Assembly: GCF_000150275.1 (NCBI RefSeq)
Contig: NW_002060949.1
Coordinates: 1,547,836-1,611,835 of the forward strand
DNA length: 64,000 bases
Source: Trichoplax adhaerens
Taxonomy: Eukaryota; Animalia; Placozoa
Direction of reading: 5' to 3'
The notes beneath the pieces are model-generated. The model was not told where the DNA came from, ran no database searches, and saw nothing but the letters and a program-made list of their open reading frames with translations. Both the position numbers and the translations under genes were made by a program. How positions within the stretch are numbered: the first letter of the stretch is position 1; each line of letters opens with the position of its first letter. Below are positions 1 through 13,300 of the stretch, piece after piece.

Positions 1-2547
1 AAATGATCTCAACAACTGGATAGTACAGTAGATTACCAATCCATTATATCTGTCATGGTGAAAATATAATTATACGCGTTTATCGAATAATTTTCTTCAC
101 TTTAAATAAGATGGCATGGTGATTCTACAGTACTGTACGAGTGAGTACAGTATCCAAGATCATGATTGACATGTTTGGCGTAGATTGCACAGTAAGGGAA
201 AGAAAAAGAATTCCTAAACTAGCAATAAATACTTTCCAAGTTTGTTGTGATAATATCTGTGGAATGATAGCGACGACATGAAGGGTTAAATATTTTCATA
301 ATTGTTACGTCTTCACACTCTACAGCCAAACAAGAATGTAACGCAATAGTATGAAATACTCAAAATTGACTGCGATTCTGGTCTCTATGGACTAAGTGAA
401 TATGAAACTGCTATTGAAAGGGAATGTACGCTATTTTAACATGGTTAACTTGAGGATTGATGTTCTCAAATTTTTATATCGTTCAAATCAGTAGAATCAT
501 CTATGCCACTTTCCCAAATTATAGATAATACTATTAATTTCAGTTATGGAGTAATGATCGTTGAATACATTACTGTCGGCAACAATTGTGCAGCATCGAA
601 ATTTACTGAATTGTTTGCCTGCTCAATGAGTATACGGTAAACTAAAAAATTTTGAACTCTCTTGCTTTATACGATAGGTATACGTAGGTGCAAATTGTAC
701 AGAAGAAGAGAAAAAAAATTCTATGAGAAAAAGTGATTTTAATTGTACCGTAGTGGTCTACTGCATGAGGTTAATGACTGTATAAAAAGTTGGTTTTTCG
801 CACAGGGCTATAGCTATTGTTCAATCAATCTGCATAGTATAATTAATTATAACTAATTGAAGAATAATAAAAAATTTTCTCTTACTCTTTGGGAGCGAGA
901 TGATACAAATTAGTGAGAAAACAGCGATGTCGTGTGTCTTTAATACCATAATACATTCAATACGGAGGTAAAGAAATTAAAGAAATTAAAAAACAGGAAA
1001 AGATAATACATCAAATGAGTAGAAAAAGCTCTGTTTTCTCACACTAGCATCTAGCTTCGATTGGAAATCAATGACGGTAAAAAAAATTCTCATAGAATCG
1101 TTTCGTAAACATATATCATCTCGTTGATTACAAAAGGGAATCTTTAGAAAAATTATTACTATGCTTTTTAATGGTCTCGTCTACGCTATAATTACTAGCG
1201 TCTATTTCGCATTCTTTGCAACATGACGTCAAGTATTATTTTTTCTCTTCCCTTTTCACATAGTATAGTTTAGTTTGCTATCGACTTTGCAAGTGTAAAG
1301 TCTGGTTTCTTCTTACGGGCTTGGATAGTACCTTATTGGGCATTTGACAGTAAAAGAATCTGTGCATAGTAGTGTAGAATTATGGTGGTTAATTAAAGGT
1401 AGATGTTCTCTTGGATATCGTAGTTGATCTACGTTTAGCACAATAAATAATTAATTGTATAATACAGTGAAAATGTGTGGAGGAAAGTAGTTCTCGTTCG
1501 GTTTGAAAAATGATAGAAAAAAAGGTACTTGCTGAGTCAATTCCATCAATAATAGTCTTACTCTTCATAGTACAATATTTGAGAAATCAAAAATAGATAG
1601 TATGCCGTCACGGCGGAAATCTACTTGTACGTCCATCATTACTATATGCTATATGCATGGTTGATTAGAGACGAACAAAATTCTAACAACTCTTAATAAA
1701 TATAAAAATTGAATAATGAATAAGTAAAATGAAAAGTTGACAAAAAAACGGAAAACTTGTTTAAGGAAATACAGTGTACTGTACTGTATCTGCGTATACA
1801 CGCTTAGGCAGCATGGCATTCCTGTAGTTACAGTGAAATAATGAGGCCTGTAAAAACCATATCGGGACGATTAAGGGCAAATCAAGTCAAACGTCTACTC
1901 TTTAAGTTATGACTAACGATCGTTTATATTGTAAAGGAGAAATGGCGCAATTTTTCCCAATCGATTTGAATTCAAGTTGGTGAGAAAACCATGCAAGACC
2001 CGTTTCACCTTCATAAGTACAGTATTGACTTTTTGTTTTTTTGACGTAGAGTATTTACGTACACACTTCGGCAACTAGGACTAAAGACAAATCAACTTTA
2101 ACATCGATCATTCTCATTCAAGTTATGATTACAGATCGTCTATACAAAATGAGAAATTGGATAATTTATTTATTCAATCGTCTCTTAATTCAAGTTGGTA
2201 GGCAAAGGGATAGAATTTATTTTTTTTCAATTGTTGGTGACATAATGATGCAGACAGAGTCTTTCTGTACAACTTTGTGCAGTTTGGAGTTTAAAATTAC
2301 TCTGTTGGCCTGATACAGCGATGACTGCTAGTTGTTGGAGTTTGGAAATGAAGAATGGCAATCACCATTATGATTTGTTGGTAAGCTATCTAATTTATCT
2401 ACATTAATTAATAAAGGTAACAAAGTCAAAATATGCCATGCCGTAGTGCACTTGAGTGATCATCTTCATTACTACAAAGTAGAGTAGGACTTTGTATCGA
2501 TGTCGGCAAAATGGGCAAAGTACAAAGTAAAAACTTGATTGACTTAC

Positions 2548-2773
2548 CGGTAGCACTATCATCGAATGTGCGTAAATCGTAAGCATCGCAACATCGATAA
2601 TTTGCAGCAGTGCCATTATCCCAAACGACAAACGCATCGGATCCTTCCATACTTCTGACGGTGCCAACATGGCCTTCACCGCCATCTTGCTTGCCCCATT
2701 TCCAATCGGGTCCACGAATGACACGAGCACCGATACAAGGTAACAATCCTCTGGTCGAGCTGAGATTGCTCAT
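2548..2773 (-). CDS. MIB1: E3 ubiquitin ligase mind bomb 1, first coding exon (MIB/HERC2 domain); gene continues off the left edge
   Basis: Translation [41 protein letters not shown]...[20 protein letters not shown] matches the MIB1 N-terminus. Phase-1 donor G|GTAAGT at 2547. An upstream in-frame ATG exists at 2818. No exon 2 recognised in 1-2546. Confidence 0.93.
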
Positions 2774-3432
2774 GCTTTCTTCTCCGTTACTGTTTTCCGA
2801 ACCCCGAATAACTATCATATCAAGATGGAAATGATGGATTCACTAACCCATTGACATTTTCAACATCCGTATTGATTTGTATTAAAATATCAAGGAAAAA
2901 AAAAAAAAAAATAGCTCAAAATGAAATTTCTATTAGCAAGTTGATGATACGAACATTTTTTTTTCCCCTTGCTCCTGTCGTATTCCAAAACTTGCAATCA
3001 ATATGTTGAATTAAGAGTTGATTATACGCCTGTATGACCGACGGGATACTTTGATCGTTATTTTCAACAAGCAAATGATGTTGTTACTATTGTATGCTTG
3101 TCCAATATATTCAGAATAAGCGAATTGTTGGATGGCGGATACTACGTTAGTAGATCAAAGACGGCCAATGTTGTCAATCATCATAGCCACAATATGTACA
3201 GTAAATATCAATCGCTTCTTCTCTTGTAAACTGTTGTAACAACAAAATCAAACTATTAATATCCTTCCTCCTCCATTTCAATCCTACCTCTCCAAGGCAA
3301 TCAAATAATGTCGATCTTCTATAAACGAATAGAATAGATGCAATGATGGAAAATAAAAAACAGCGCTTACTAATACTTTAATCTTCCACTCTACAACAAT
3401 CGCCTCGGTAAGCATGATCTTGTTCTACTTAC

Positions 3433-4135
3433 TTCAATTACTGTTCCACCGATCGCAGCTTGACAATACTGGTGATTGACGCGCAAAAGCGCCTCACTAT
3501 GAAATGTGAAATGGACGTGGTCTACAGTCTACAGTCGTGCTCTACAATGTATAGTAGTGTACCAGACTACAATGTACTGTGAAGGTGTACTGTACTCTAC
3601 TCTACAGTGTACAGTACTAGTACTGTATAAAATTCCTTTTGTTTTTCTTGTTCTACAGTACTTACAGTACTGTACAGTACAGTACTTCAATAACTCTATT
3701 CCACCGATCTCAGGTTGACAATACTGGTGACTGAAGCGCTAAAGCGCCTGACTATGAAATGTGAACTGGACGTGGTCTACAGTCTGGAACTCTACAGTGT
3801 ATAGTACTGTACTAGACTACAATGTACAGTACTACAGTACAGTATGGTGAAGTACTGTATGTACAGTATACAGTACTCTACTCTACAGTACTAGTACTGT
3901 AGAAAATGCCTTTTGTTTTTTCATATTCTACAGTACAGTACCTACAGTACTTTCAATAACTCTATTCCACCGATCTTAGGTTGACAATACTGGTGATTGA
4001 TGCGCAAAAGCGCCTGGACTATGAAATGTGAAATGGACGTGGTCTACAGTCTACAGTAGTGCTCTACAGTGTATAGTACTGTGCTAGACTAACATGTATT
4101 GTAGAGGTGTACTGTACAAGTGTACAGTACAGTAT
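3433..4135. repeat. Tandem repeat, about 260-bp unit, about 2.7 copies
   Basis: TTCCACCGATC...TTGACAATACTGGTGA...AAAGCGCCT..ACTATGAAATGTGAA.TGGACGTGGTCTACAGTC recurs near 3443, 3699 and 3965, with TACAGTAC-rich spacers. Confidence 0.9.
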
Positions 4136-4137
4136 AA

Positions 4138-4316
4138 AATTTTTATTTTAAAGCTTAATATCTATAAAAGTACAAAACCTACAGCTTTAAAGTTTTCAGA
4201 TTATGATAGGTTATTTATTACTCTACATTTTGGTACATTTTTTTGGCAAATTACTGCTCGATTTGGCAATAGTAATTTTAAATTTGTGCGCGGGGATAAT
4301 TTCGGGACACCCTGTA
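4138..4316 (-). mobile_element. Relic end of a Tc1/mariner-like non-autonomous element
   Basis: Minus strand begins TA|CAGGGTGTCCCGAAA, a terminus typical of Tc1/mariner elements. The internal 4138-4197 segment has an inverted copy at about 44478-44540. No second TIR or transposase seen. Confidence 0.5.
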
Positions 4317-4538
4317 CAGGCTTTTTTTTTTCGGATTGCCTGTAGGGTAAATTCCACGCAGCGCCGTGCTGTACTGCACCTGTTGTGATAATTAATTTGG
4401 TTACAGATACCAGCATGTCGTCAAGTGGCCGGCCGTTCATTCACAAAAAGTGTCCGTACGTCTGTATTCGTAGCACTCCAATGAAATGAGGAACTACTGT
4501 ACTAAGTAAGAGTCGCTGCTGGTACAGTGGTACTATCT

Positions 4539-4569
4539 AGAGACCCTCTATGACATACAGAGGGTCTCT
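4539..4569. repeat. Perfect 11-bp-stem hairpin
   Basis: AGAGACCCTCT-atgacatac-AGAGGGTCTCT. Confidence 0.8.
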
Positions 4570-7385
4570 TGTACTAACCATGCAATGCAAAACCAGGGAC
4601 TACTCAAAATTGTGAATAACCCCTGACAAAACCAACATGGCAGCTCATTGAGACGACCATCGTAGACAGTATAGTGTACGGTTATAGACATGTAGCTCAC
4701 TTGAAATGCCCAGTATGATGATCGACATTCATATTTGTAGTCCATACAACGTCGATCTCCGGTCCCTCTCTCCTTTTATTGTAGCGACATTGCTTCAGTC
4801 TAAAAGTTAAAATTACACTGTAGGTCTGGTCATCCAATACCGTAGAATGGCGAATTTTACAACAATAACGGTACACTATTAATTGTTCAAAAAGAGGGTT
4901 ATAGACATTGATATCGTCAAAATAAACTATACAGCCATCTTCTTTAGACCTTCCTCTTTTGCCTCATATCAATTCGATACAACTCGTCGCTAAAATTGAT
5001 CACGAGGATATGCACCGATTAATCTGAAATGAAAAACATCACGCTCTACCTCTACAGTATGGTCGACGGAATTGTACCACTGTACATTGTAGTAGTACCA
5101 GTAGACAACCCAAAGCGCCCAAAGGGAAAAAGTAATGGACAACTTGAAAGTTTATTATTCGCACATACTTAAACTAGTACACTGTGGTATTGCCTCATCG
5201 TTGTTATTTGATGTACTAAAACAGTCTGTACCTATTAAAAGCTAGAATAAAAGTATTCATGAATTCATTTACTGCTCTTGAAGCATGGACCATTCTTAGC
5301 AGTATTATACCATTCAAACACAAGTAGAAATTGAATAGAATGGACTTTACTGTAGTATAGGACAGTGATATATCAACATTATATATCACTAATTCACTAT
5401 CGCCATACTCTACAGTGCACATTATACTGTATAATGCACTAGACTGGACTCAGTAACCTGTTGATTGAAATTAGACTCCCTAGTTCCGTATAATATTTTT
5501 CACCCTTTGGAGCGTTATGTACTCACTGTCTTGACTCCTTGAATACTGGACGTGCCATCATTAATAATAATATACACGGGTATATATAATTAATTAATGA
5601 CATCTTGATTAAATCGATAGTACACGAATAACTACAAATAATAATCTCTATACTCATCAACTAACACTGTTAACCATTCCATATTTATCTACCTAGAGTA
5701 ACAACCTATATATACATACGTGTATATATATAACATATACGCATATATGGTATACATAGATTATAATCTTACGTAATATGTCACTAAGCACATGCTGTAC
5801 TTATTCTTATTCAATTCTTTCTAAATAAGTATACGCATGATAATTGACCATATCGAAAGTGTAGTACACATACATATAGATGTTCTGCTACCAAGTATCA
5901 TATCAAACTGTTCATTGATAAAATTACAAATTAATTACAGCCTGTGCACAGTATTTAACCAACGCCTGCCTGTTCAATAATTATATAATTAATGAATGAA
6001 TGATGATATAGAAAAGTAGTCAAATGTACTGTATGACCTACAGTACTATGCTAGCAATGGTTGTAAATTAAGCACAGCTGGGTATTTGGCTTCAAGTAAT
6101 CTTATAATAACAGTCACCTGCAGTAAATTCAACTAGAATCAAGTTGATATAATACATGCTGAAGTCATAATAAATCTCTATGATCTCTCTCCTACCATTC
6201 AATATAAAACAAAAGTCGACAACTTTCCAATCTAACTCTATTAATTTAAATACCAATCTAATGGCTGGTTCATCTAGTTTTATACCATCAATTTAATTGC
6301 TTAAGATTGTAAATCTTATTGTCGGGATACATTTACTCTGATCAATCTCTGGGATTGCTTCAATTTTTAGCTTTTAGCGATGCTATAGATCCATGCTAAT
6401 GTCATTGCATTAAATTGCCTTTCTATGCATTCATATACTAATTCGAGAGCTACTTTATTTAGCTATATACGGTCAATTTAATTAGTTAATATTAGGTATA
6501 TTTATGTCTGGAAGTATGTATTTACTTCGATTAATCTCCTAGATAATTTCAGTTTCACCTTCAAATTATGCGTATACAGTAATACTGTATCGTTGTACTA
6601 AATTTTACTTCTATACATTAACAACAAAACGTGCTGCTATTACCGATTAACTCCATACATTATCCGCCTACGGGTAACCTTTCCTCACTATTCTTATTCA
6701 AGCAATTCAAACGTTTAATACATCTTTAAGCACAAAAACTATTAAATAAATTACTTTTTGAGTAACATTTTGAACGTACAAATGTATGTGAAGTTATTTC
6801 ATTATCAAATCGACATCCATACATAACCTACAATAAATAGTAAACATCATTCAACAACAAGCACATTAACATTACAATGGCTTAATTTTAGGCGATGTCA
6901 TGGTAATACACTATATTGAAATCTATAATATTGTATATAAACCTTTATACCCATTAGTGTCCCTATTGTAACTCATTGCATTATATCGTTCTGTCCTGTC
7001 ATATTTACTGCCAGAATTTTACGTCTGTAAATTTATTGCATTCCGTTTAGGCAACTACTCCAAGGCTACGCTTGGAAGATAAGCTAAAATATTGGTTACC
7101 AAGGTTATAAATTTCGTTATCGCAAAGTAAATTATGATCGGTTCATATTTTACAATATATGACTTATAAACTGCTAGTCCTTTGCCAACAACTTAAAGTT
7201 AATACTTTTCTTATTGGGTTTACTCAAGTTAAACAACTACCATAGATTGATAAGACATGATCGATTTTACGTATTTTGGAATACGCTAAGTTGCGATTGT
7301 TTACCTTCATCTTGAAAAAGTAATTAACCAATCAACCTTATCTTTACCTTGAACGAGATTAGAGAAATTGAGGTAATTATTTAAA

Positions 7386-10300
7386 ATGAGTACAGCAACT
7401 ATTTCCGATCAACTAGTACTGACTACTGAGGCATTCCTTCTTACTTTCAACGTCGATCGAGCCCAATGTCTCCCATACAGTCGATTCAAGGTAATTTCAT
7501 ATTTAAAATATGAGAAGGAAATGGTAGTGATAGTTACCAAGTTACTGTTGTGTGTTTAATAAACAATGTTATATGATAGTTTCAATCAGTGGTTAGGTAC
7601 CATCTAAAAGCAATAATAAGTTATGGAATGGCTAGTGTAGTTAGTATGAATGTTATAAACAAGATTAAGAAGGCAGTGTATCTATAAAATTCATCGGTAA
7701 TACTAATTTAATATTTTAAACGACAATCTCCGGAAGCTAGAAGAGCATTTCAAGATAAGCTTAACTTTACTTATGGTAATATTTTGTTTTTACTGTTACT
7801 ACTTATTTCCGATTATAGAATTCTACTCTTAGCAATTTGGAGAGCATAACAATCATCAACATTACTGGTATAGGACAATTAACCGATATATTTTTAAGCC
7901 TACTACTAAAAAATTGTCCTAAAATAGCGACTTTGATCTGTGATGGATGTAACAACTTAACAGATGCTGTATTTCAGTCATTAATTGAATATTGCCAGGA
8001 TCTAACGACTATTAGCTTCAATTATTGCCCAAAATTAACGCATAAGGCACTACAGATATTAGGCAATTCAACATTAAAGCTCAAGAGTGCGTCATTTGTA
8101 TCTTGTAATATCATATACATCCCCTCAAATTTTGTCACATCAATAGCTAATCAAGATGGAGCTTACGATTTGAAAGGAAATCCAATCCTAAATATCGATC
8201 ATAAATATTTGAAGTGTGTCAATGTCAATTCTATCGAGGATAAAATATTCAAAAATGTTCATAAACAGGATATTAGTTTTAGGTAATTAAAGTCAATCAT
8301 AGTCGTTTATAATTATAAAATGGTAGAGAATGTAGTTACGCTATCGTAGCCATTTCCTCTTACATTGATATAACTTCTTCATCATGCATCTTACTATTCA
8401 TACTTATACAGAATTAATGTTATTGGCAATCGTGGAGTTGGAAAATCAACCTTTATAGCAAATTTATTGTCTTTTGCTAAGCAAACATCCAAAGATACCA
8501 ATAGCAATCATATTCTTCATCAAGAAATTAACTCAAATCTAACTATCGATTGGAATATAACAGAGTGCACAAGTCAGGTATAAATACGCGTATACATGCT
8601 TATATTTATGGTTACATCCTATCGCTTAAGTTTATCCAAAATAAGAGATAATTTCAATATAATAAAATTGAACAAAGAGTGGTAGCGAACAGTAAAAATC
8701 ATTCATTAATTAAATTTTAGTACTGAGATCGTAGTGTCATGAATCAGGAGTAATTGAAAATGAATATAACTACAATCCTGCCAATCTAGATGTACAGTAT
8801 ACGTACGATATTATTGCTTGTAAGGTGACTCATATCATAAATTCAGTATATAAATGTAATATAATCTTTGCAGGTAATCTGTATGGATGAATAGTTTATT
8901 CTTAATGCTATCATATAGTTTGATTATTCTTTGATTATTTTTTCACGATTTTAGGCTATGGCCTATCTTGCAACGGAGGAGTGCCCTCTTAATCTAATTA
9001 TGTTTGATTTGACAAACCCCGAATTCTTACATTGGTTAAATCTCGTAAATTATAAGGTTAATAACTCAACATTGGATAAGATAATGGATTGTTATCGTTA
9101 TTCATACTTACGTATAAAGTTACGTTGCTTCGTTTTATTATCTAGATAGCTAATCACAGATATTAGGAATGGGATTAACTTCATTTCGTATAATATCTTT
9201 CGTCTATCTATCAATAAAAAATTTAAACATTTTCCATTGTCTTGTATTTTTTAATAGTGCCCAAATAGTATAACTATTCTTGTTGGCACTCATGCTGAAG
9301 AATTTAATGACGCCTCCATGGAATGTGAATTAATTTATCAGAAAGTGGCAAACCCCAAAGATAGCCCGATAGAAGATCACTTATCGAAAGATAAATTGGA
9401 TCAGATATTGGCTTCAGCGTAAGTTAATTTCTAACATTGAAACGAAATATAATTGGGCTTCTAAAGATATACCGATGCCTAAGTTCAGTGGCTACGGAAC
9501 GAAACTTACACCTAATCATTATAATTATAATTAGTTTATAATAATTGATTGTTGATATCAATAATTACTATCGGTATAGCACATCAAATTATAACTGGTT
9601 ATTGTTTAGATGAAGAAGTACAGTAAGTATATCCCAACAACCACGCATTTGATAACCATTATTATCGAAACTTTAAGCCTTTTAACAATAAATCATTGAT
9701 TGCTATTGTAGTTATTATGGAGTGTAATTATAATTAATTTACGGGTTAATATTTACTATAAGAGATAATATATCTATCTTGTAATTTAATTAGAGACTGG
9801 ACTGAGGCAGTAGATTCTGACCTTGATAATCAAAGAAATGTGAAAGCTATTTGCGAATTAGCTAAATCTTCGACAAAGATTCACAAAAGCGTTTATGCGG
9901 TTAGCAACAGAAAAAATGACGAGGTTATTTACTAATTTTTATTGGAAAAATTATCTTATAACTGCTATTTGCATTAATAAAATAAATAGTTCATAATGCT
10001 AATGCGATTTAACATTAATATAATGAGAGGTATTAATAATTGATATGATTATAAATAGGAAATGGCAAAAATTTTAGACACTTTCTTACAATGTGGCAAA
10101 GAAATTTTCGATAATCAAGCTCAGCCATCCTATTCAGTATCGAAAGATTATGAAGAGCTCTATGAAGATATCCTGAATCTATCCAATCAATATCCTTACT
10201 TTCGATTTTCTAAACTTCACTTGACCTTATCGGAAAAATATGAATCTACCATGAAAAACAATCTATTGAAACCTATACTAAAGCATTTGCATCTTCAGGT

Positions 10301-13300
10301 TGATAAAACTTTAAAGTGTATTCGGTGTTAAAATATTTGTATTTGTGATTGATACGCACATAAAAGTATTAATACCTAAAAGGCCCGCCAGTAATGAAAA
10401 CTGAATCAAATCGCAATAAAAAATATTTTCAGTGTTATTATTGACTTTGGTCATACAGAATAGATTACATTTGAACTCATAGGATTTAATGGCGCATAAC
10501 CTGCTTATAAATGCAATGTTGTGATATTATTTCTTAAGTTAGGAACAGTGTATTCCAATCGTTTATAAATTATTAACATTCATTTCTGCATTTTTTATTC
10601 TTCTATCAATCAATTAGGGAAAGCTGTTCTTTTTAGACAACTTTGCTGATCCATTTGTTATTTTTAATAAGAGCTGGTTAAACCAATGTCTTACTAGTAA
10701 TATTCCTTACGATCAACATGTTGATGAAACATTCCAGGTATGAACATTAGTGATAGTATTTTAGAATTTTACCGTCACAGTATGCAATAAAGTCGTTCTA
10801 TCCTAAATGCGTCTTTACGTATAGTATATCGCTACTGACACATTTCAAATAATGTCCTGTATTATCTATCATGACGAGATATTAACTATTAATAAGCTAT
10901 TAAACAATAATAATTACTACAGGTGAACATCTCATCATTGTATATTAAATAGTGATAACTTTCTCCAATTGGAAATATAATTATGTGTCGTAGTCTGTTC
11001 TCCATCTTAATACCTGGCATACTACTAAATCATAACTTTTAAATAACATGATAGAGAAATATTGACGAACTGCCAATCAACACTGGAGCTTGTTATATAT
11101 CTTATTTCAACTACGACGCTATTAATGAAAGTAACGGAAAGACATATACTGCAGATTTGCCAGATTCATCGGGGCTAGACATGGTAAATATGAGTAGTTG
11201 ATTTGGATTATATTAGTATTTAAATAAAATAGATATATAAAAAGTAGATTGGAGAATAAAATTTAGTATGTAATCGCAACTACAGAGAATTCTAGCAATA
11301 ATATCTTATCCTATATGGATCTAACTCATCATGAAAGATTTTTTCGTGCTCACTAGATATTTAAATGAACCAAGCACATTAGATGTTACGTCCTAAGGAA
11401 TCTATATTGATTTATATTCAGAGTCTACCCTTAGAAACTTCAAAATATTTATAACTTTGTATAAAAGATTATTAGCGTTTAAACATTTAAATCATCAACA
11501 AAACTATTGAATGTTGTGATTCCAAAAGATGCATAATAATGTAAAGTAGCTATAAGTATTCACAGATTTTCGAAATATCCATAACTTTGCTTCGACAAAT
11601 TATTGGCTTTTAAATATTCAAATTAATGACACTATTGAATATTGGGATGATCAAAATGTGTAATAATTTACCGTGTTAATCAACATTTTAAAGTTTACAA
11701 GATGCTTGCGACTTTTAATTAGGAAAACTGTTGGCCTACAGTAGATGAAGCTGAATTTAGCACTGAAATCAAGTATACGATTTGGAACCTTCCTGTGATA
11801 GTGTTAAATCCTTTACTGGATAAAGCTATAGCACAGTGTTGTCGATTAGCTACTAATATAATTTTATCCTGGAAAGAAGGAGTACTCTTGCGATGTGGTC
11901 ATATTCAATGTCTAATTATAAGAAAAGATAACAGTAAAATCTTGGAAGATAAAAATATGACTTTGCAGTTATTTGCAAAATGTTATGATATCGATGACAA
12001 AGAAGAAATATGCCAAGAAAGTTTCTGGAATGTCGTATTGGATTTGGGATTATGTATCGAAGCAGTTCTGCATACTTCAAAGTTGATAGTCAAGGTAATG
12101 AGTTTATACTTACATCTTCAATATTTATATTTGGTTTCTCAGTTAAAAAATTGCACATTTGTCTTGCGTTATATTGGGCTCCATAATCATTACATAAGTG
12201 TAATAAATTTCCTATGCATGTAGTCATGCGATTAAAACTGATAAATCATGACTTTTAATATAAATTCTATCTAAAGTACATTTTAGTCCTTGGTATCCAA
12301 CTAATGCATGCTAATTAAATGAAAATTTTAGTCAGAGCTCAATCTCAGTCATATTTATGTTCAAATTTACGATCATAAAGAGATAGAGATTTAGATTTTA
12401 CTCAGAAATACCAAGTCATTTTTTAAATTTTGGTCAAATCTCTGACTCAGTCGTATTAGTATGCGAAGATACGTAGAGGAATGGCTACTATACCATAGGA
12501 TCGTAGTCTGCGTATGAATAGGTATTGCCTTTGCTGAGAAAAGGATCTCAAACATGGAGAGATTGAAATAGTACTTCTTACATTATTGTGAGCTGATTAG
12601 GTTAAAGTTGATTCTTCTTTCGTCCTGTTGCTTGTTTCAATGAATACTTGAAGGTTTTAGTATATACTAGTATTCTATTAATTATCGTAACAGTTTAATG
12701 AAAAAATGACTAACGATTGCCGTAGAGTAAAATAAGATCTTTGATTTATTATGCTAGAAAATTCTTTAATCATGAAAAGCTTATACCTTTATCTATAGAA
12801 AGAAGTAGCTTGTCCTAATTGCGTTAAAAATACAACATCGAAAATGCACTACCTTGGTATTAATGAAGTCAAGCAAACTCTGGCAAGCAATTCTGGTAAA
12901 GAATTAGTTTGTCAACAACAGAACAAGAGTATTTCTGTCCGTGATATACAATATTTTGGTAAGATTATCTTACTTCGTAACTATTGCATCATATCTTAAT
13001 GGCTATTTTCGGATATTTTAAGTACGAGCCGCGAGATTTTGTCGTCTGAAACTGATAAATTCTTTACTATTATTTGCCTAATCCTATAAACTTTACTTTC
13101 GAAAAAATAAATTTGATGTAAATCAATAGTATTACTCAGTTAAATTAATGTCATAAATGAGATCTAAAATTAGCAATTCAAGCCGTTTTAACTAAATTCT
13201 AACCCACTTTCAACAATTTTTATTAGTCAATGGCAAATCATCATTTTGCGTAGGCCATCGATTAAGTTATTCTAATGATACTTTAGGCTGTACACTGTGC

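Noticed and set aside
3506-4745. Short ORFs rich in Y/S/T/V/L/Q/C in the ORF track
   Set aside because: Translations of TACAG/CTGTA repeats and transposon relics; no protein motifs.
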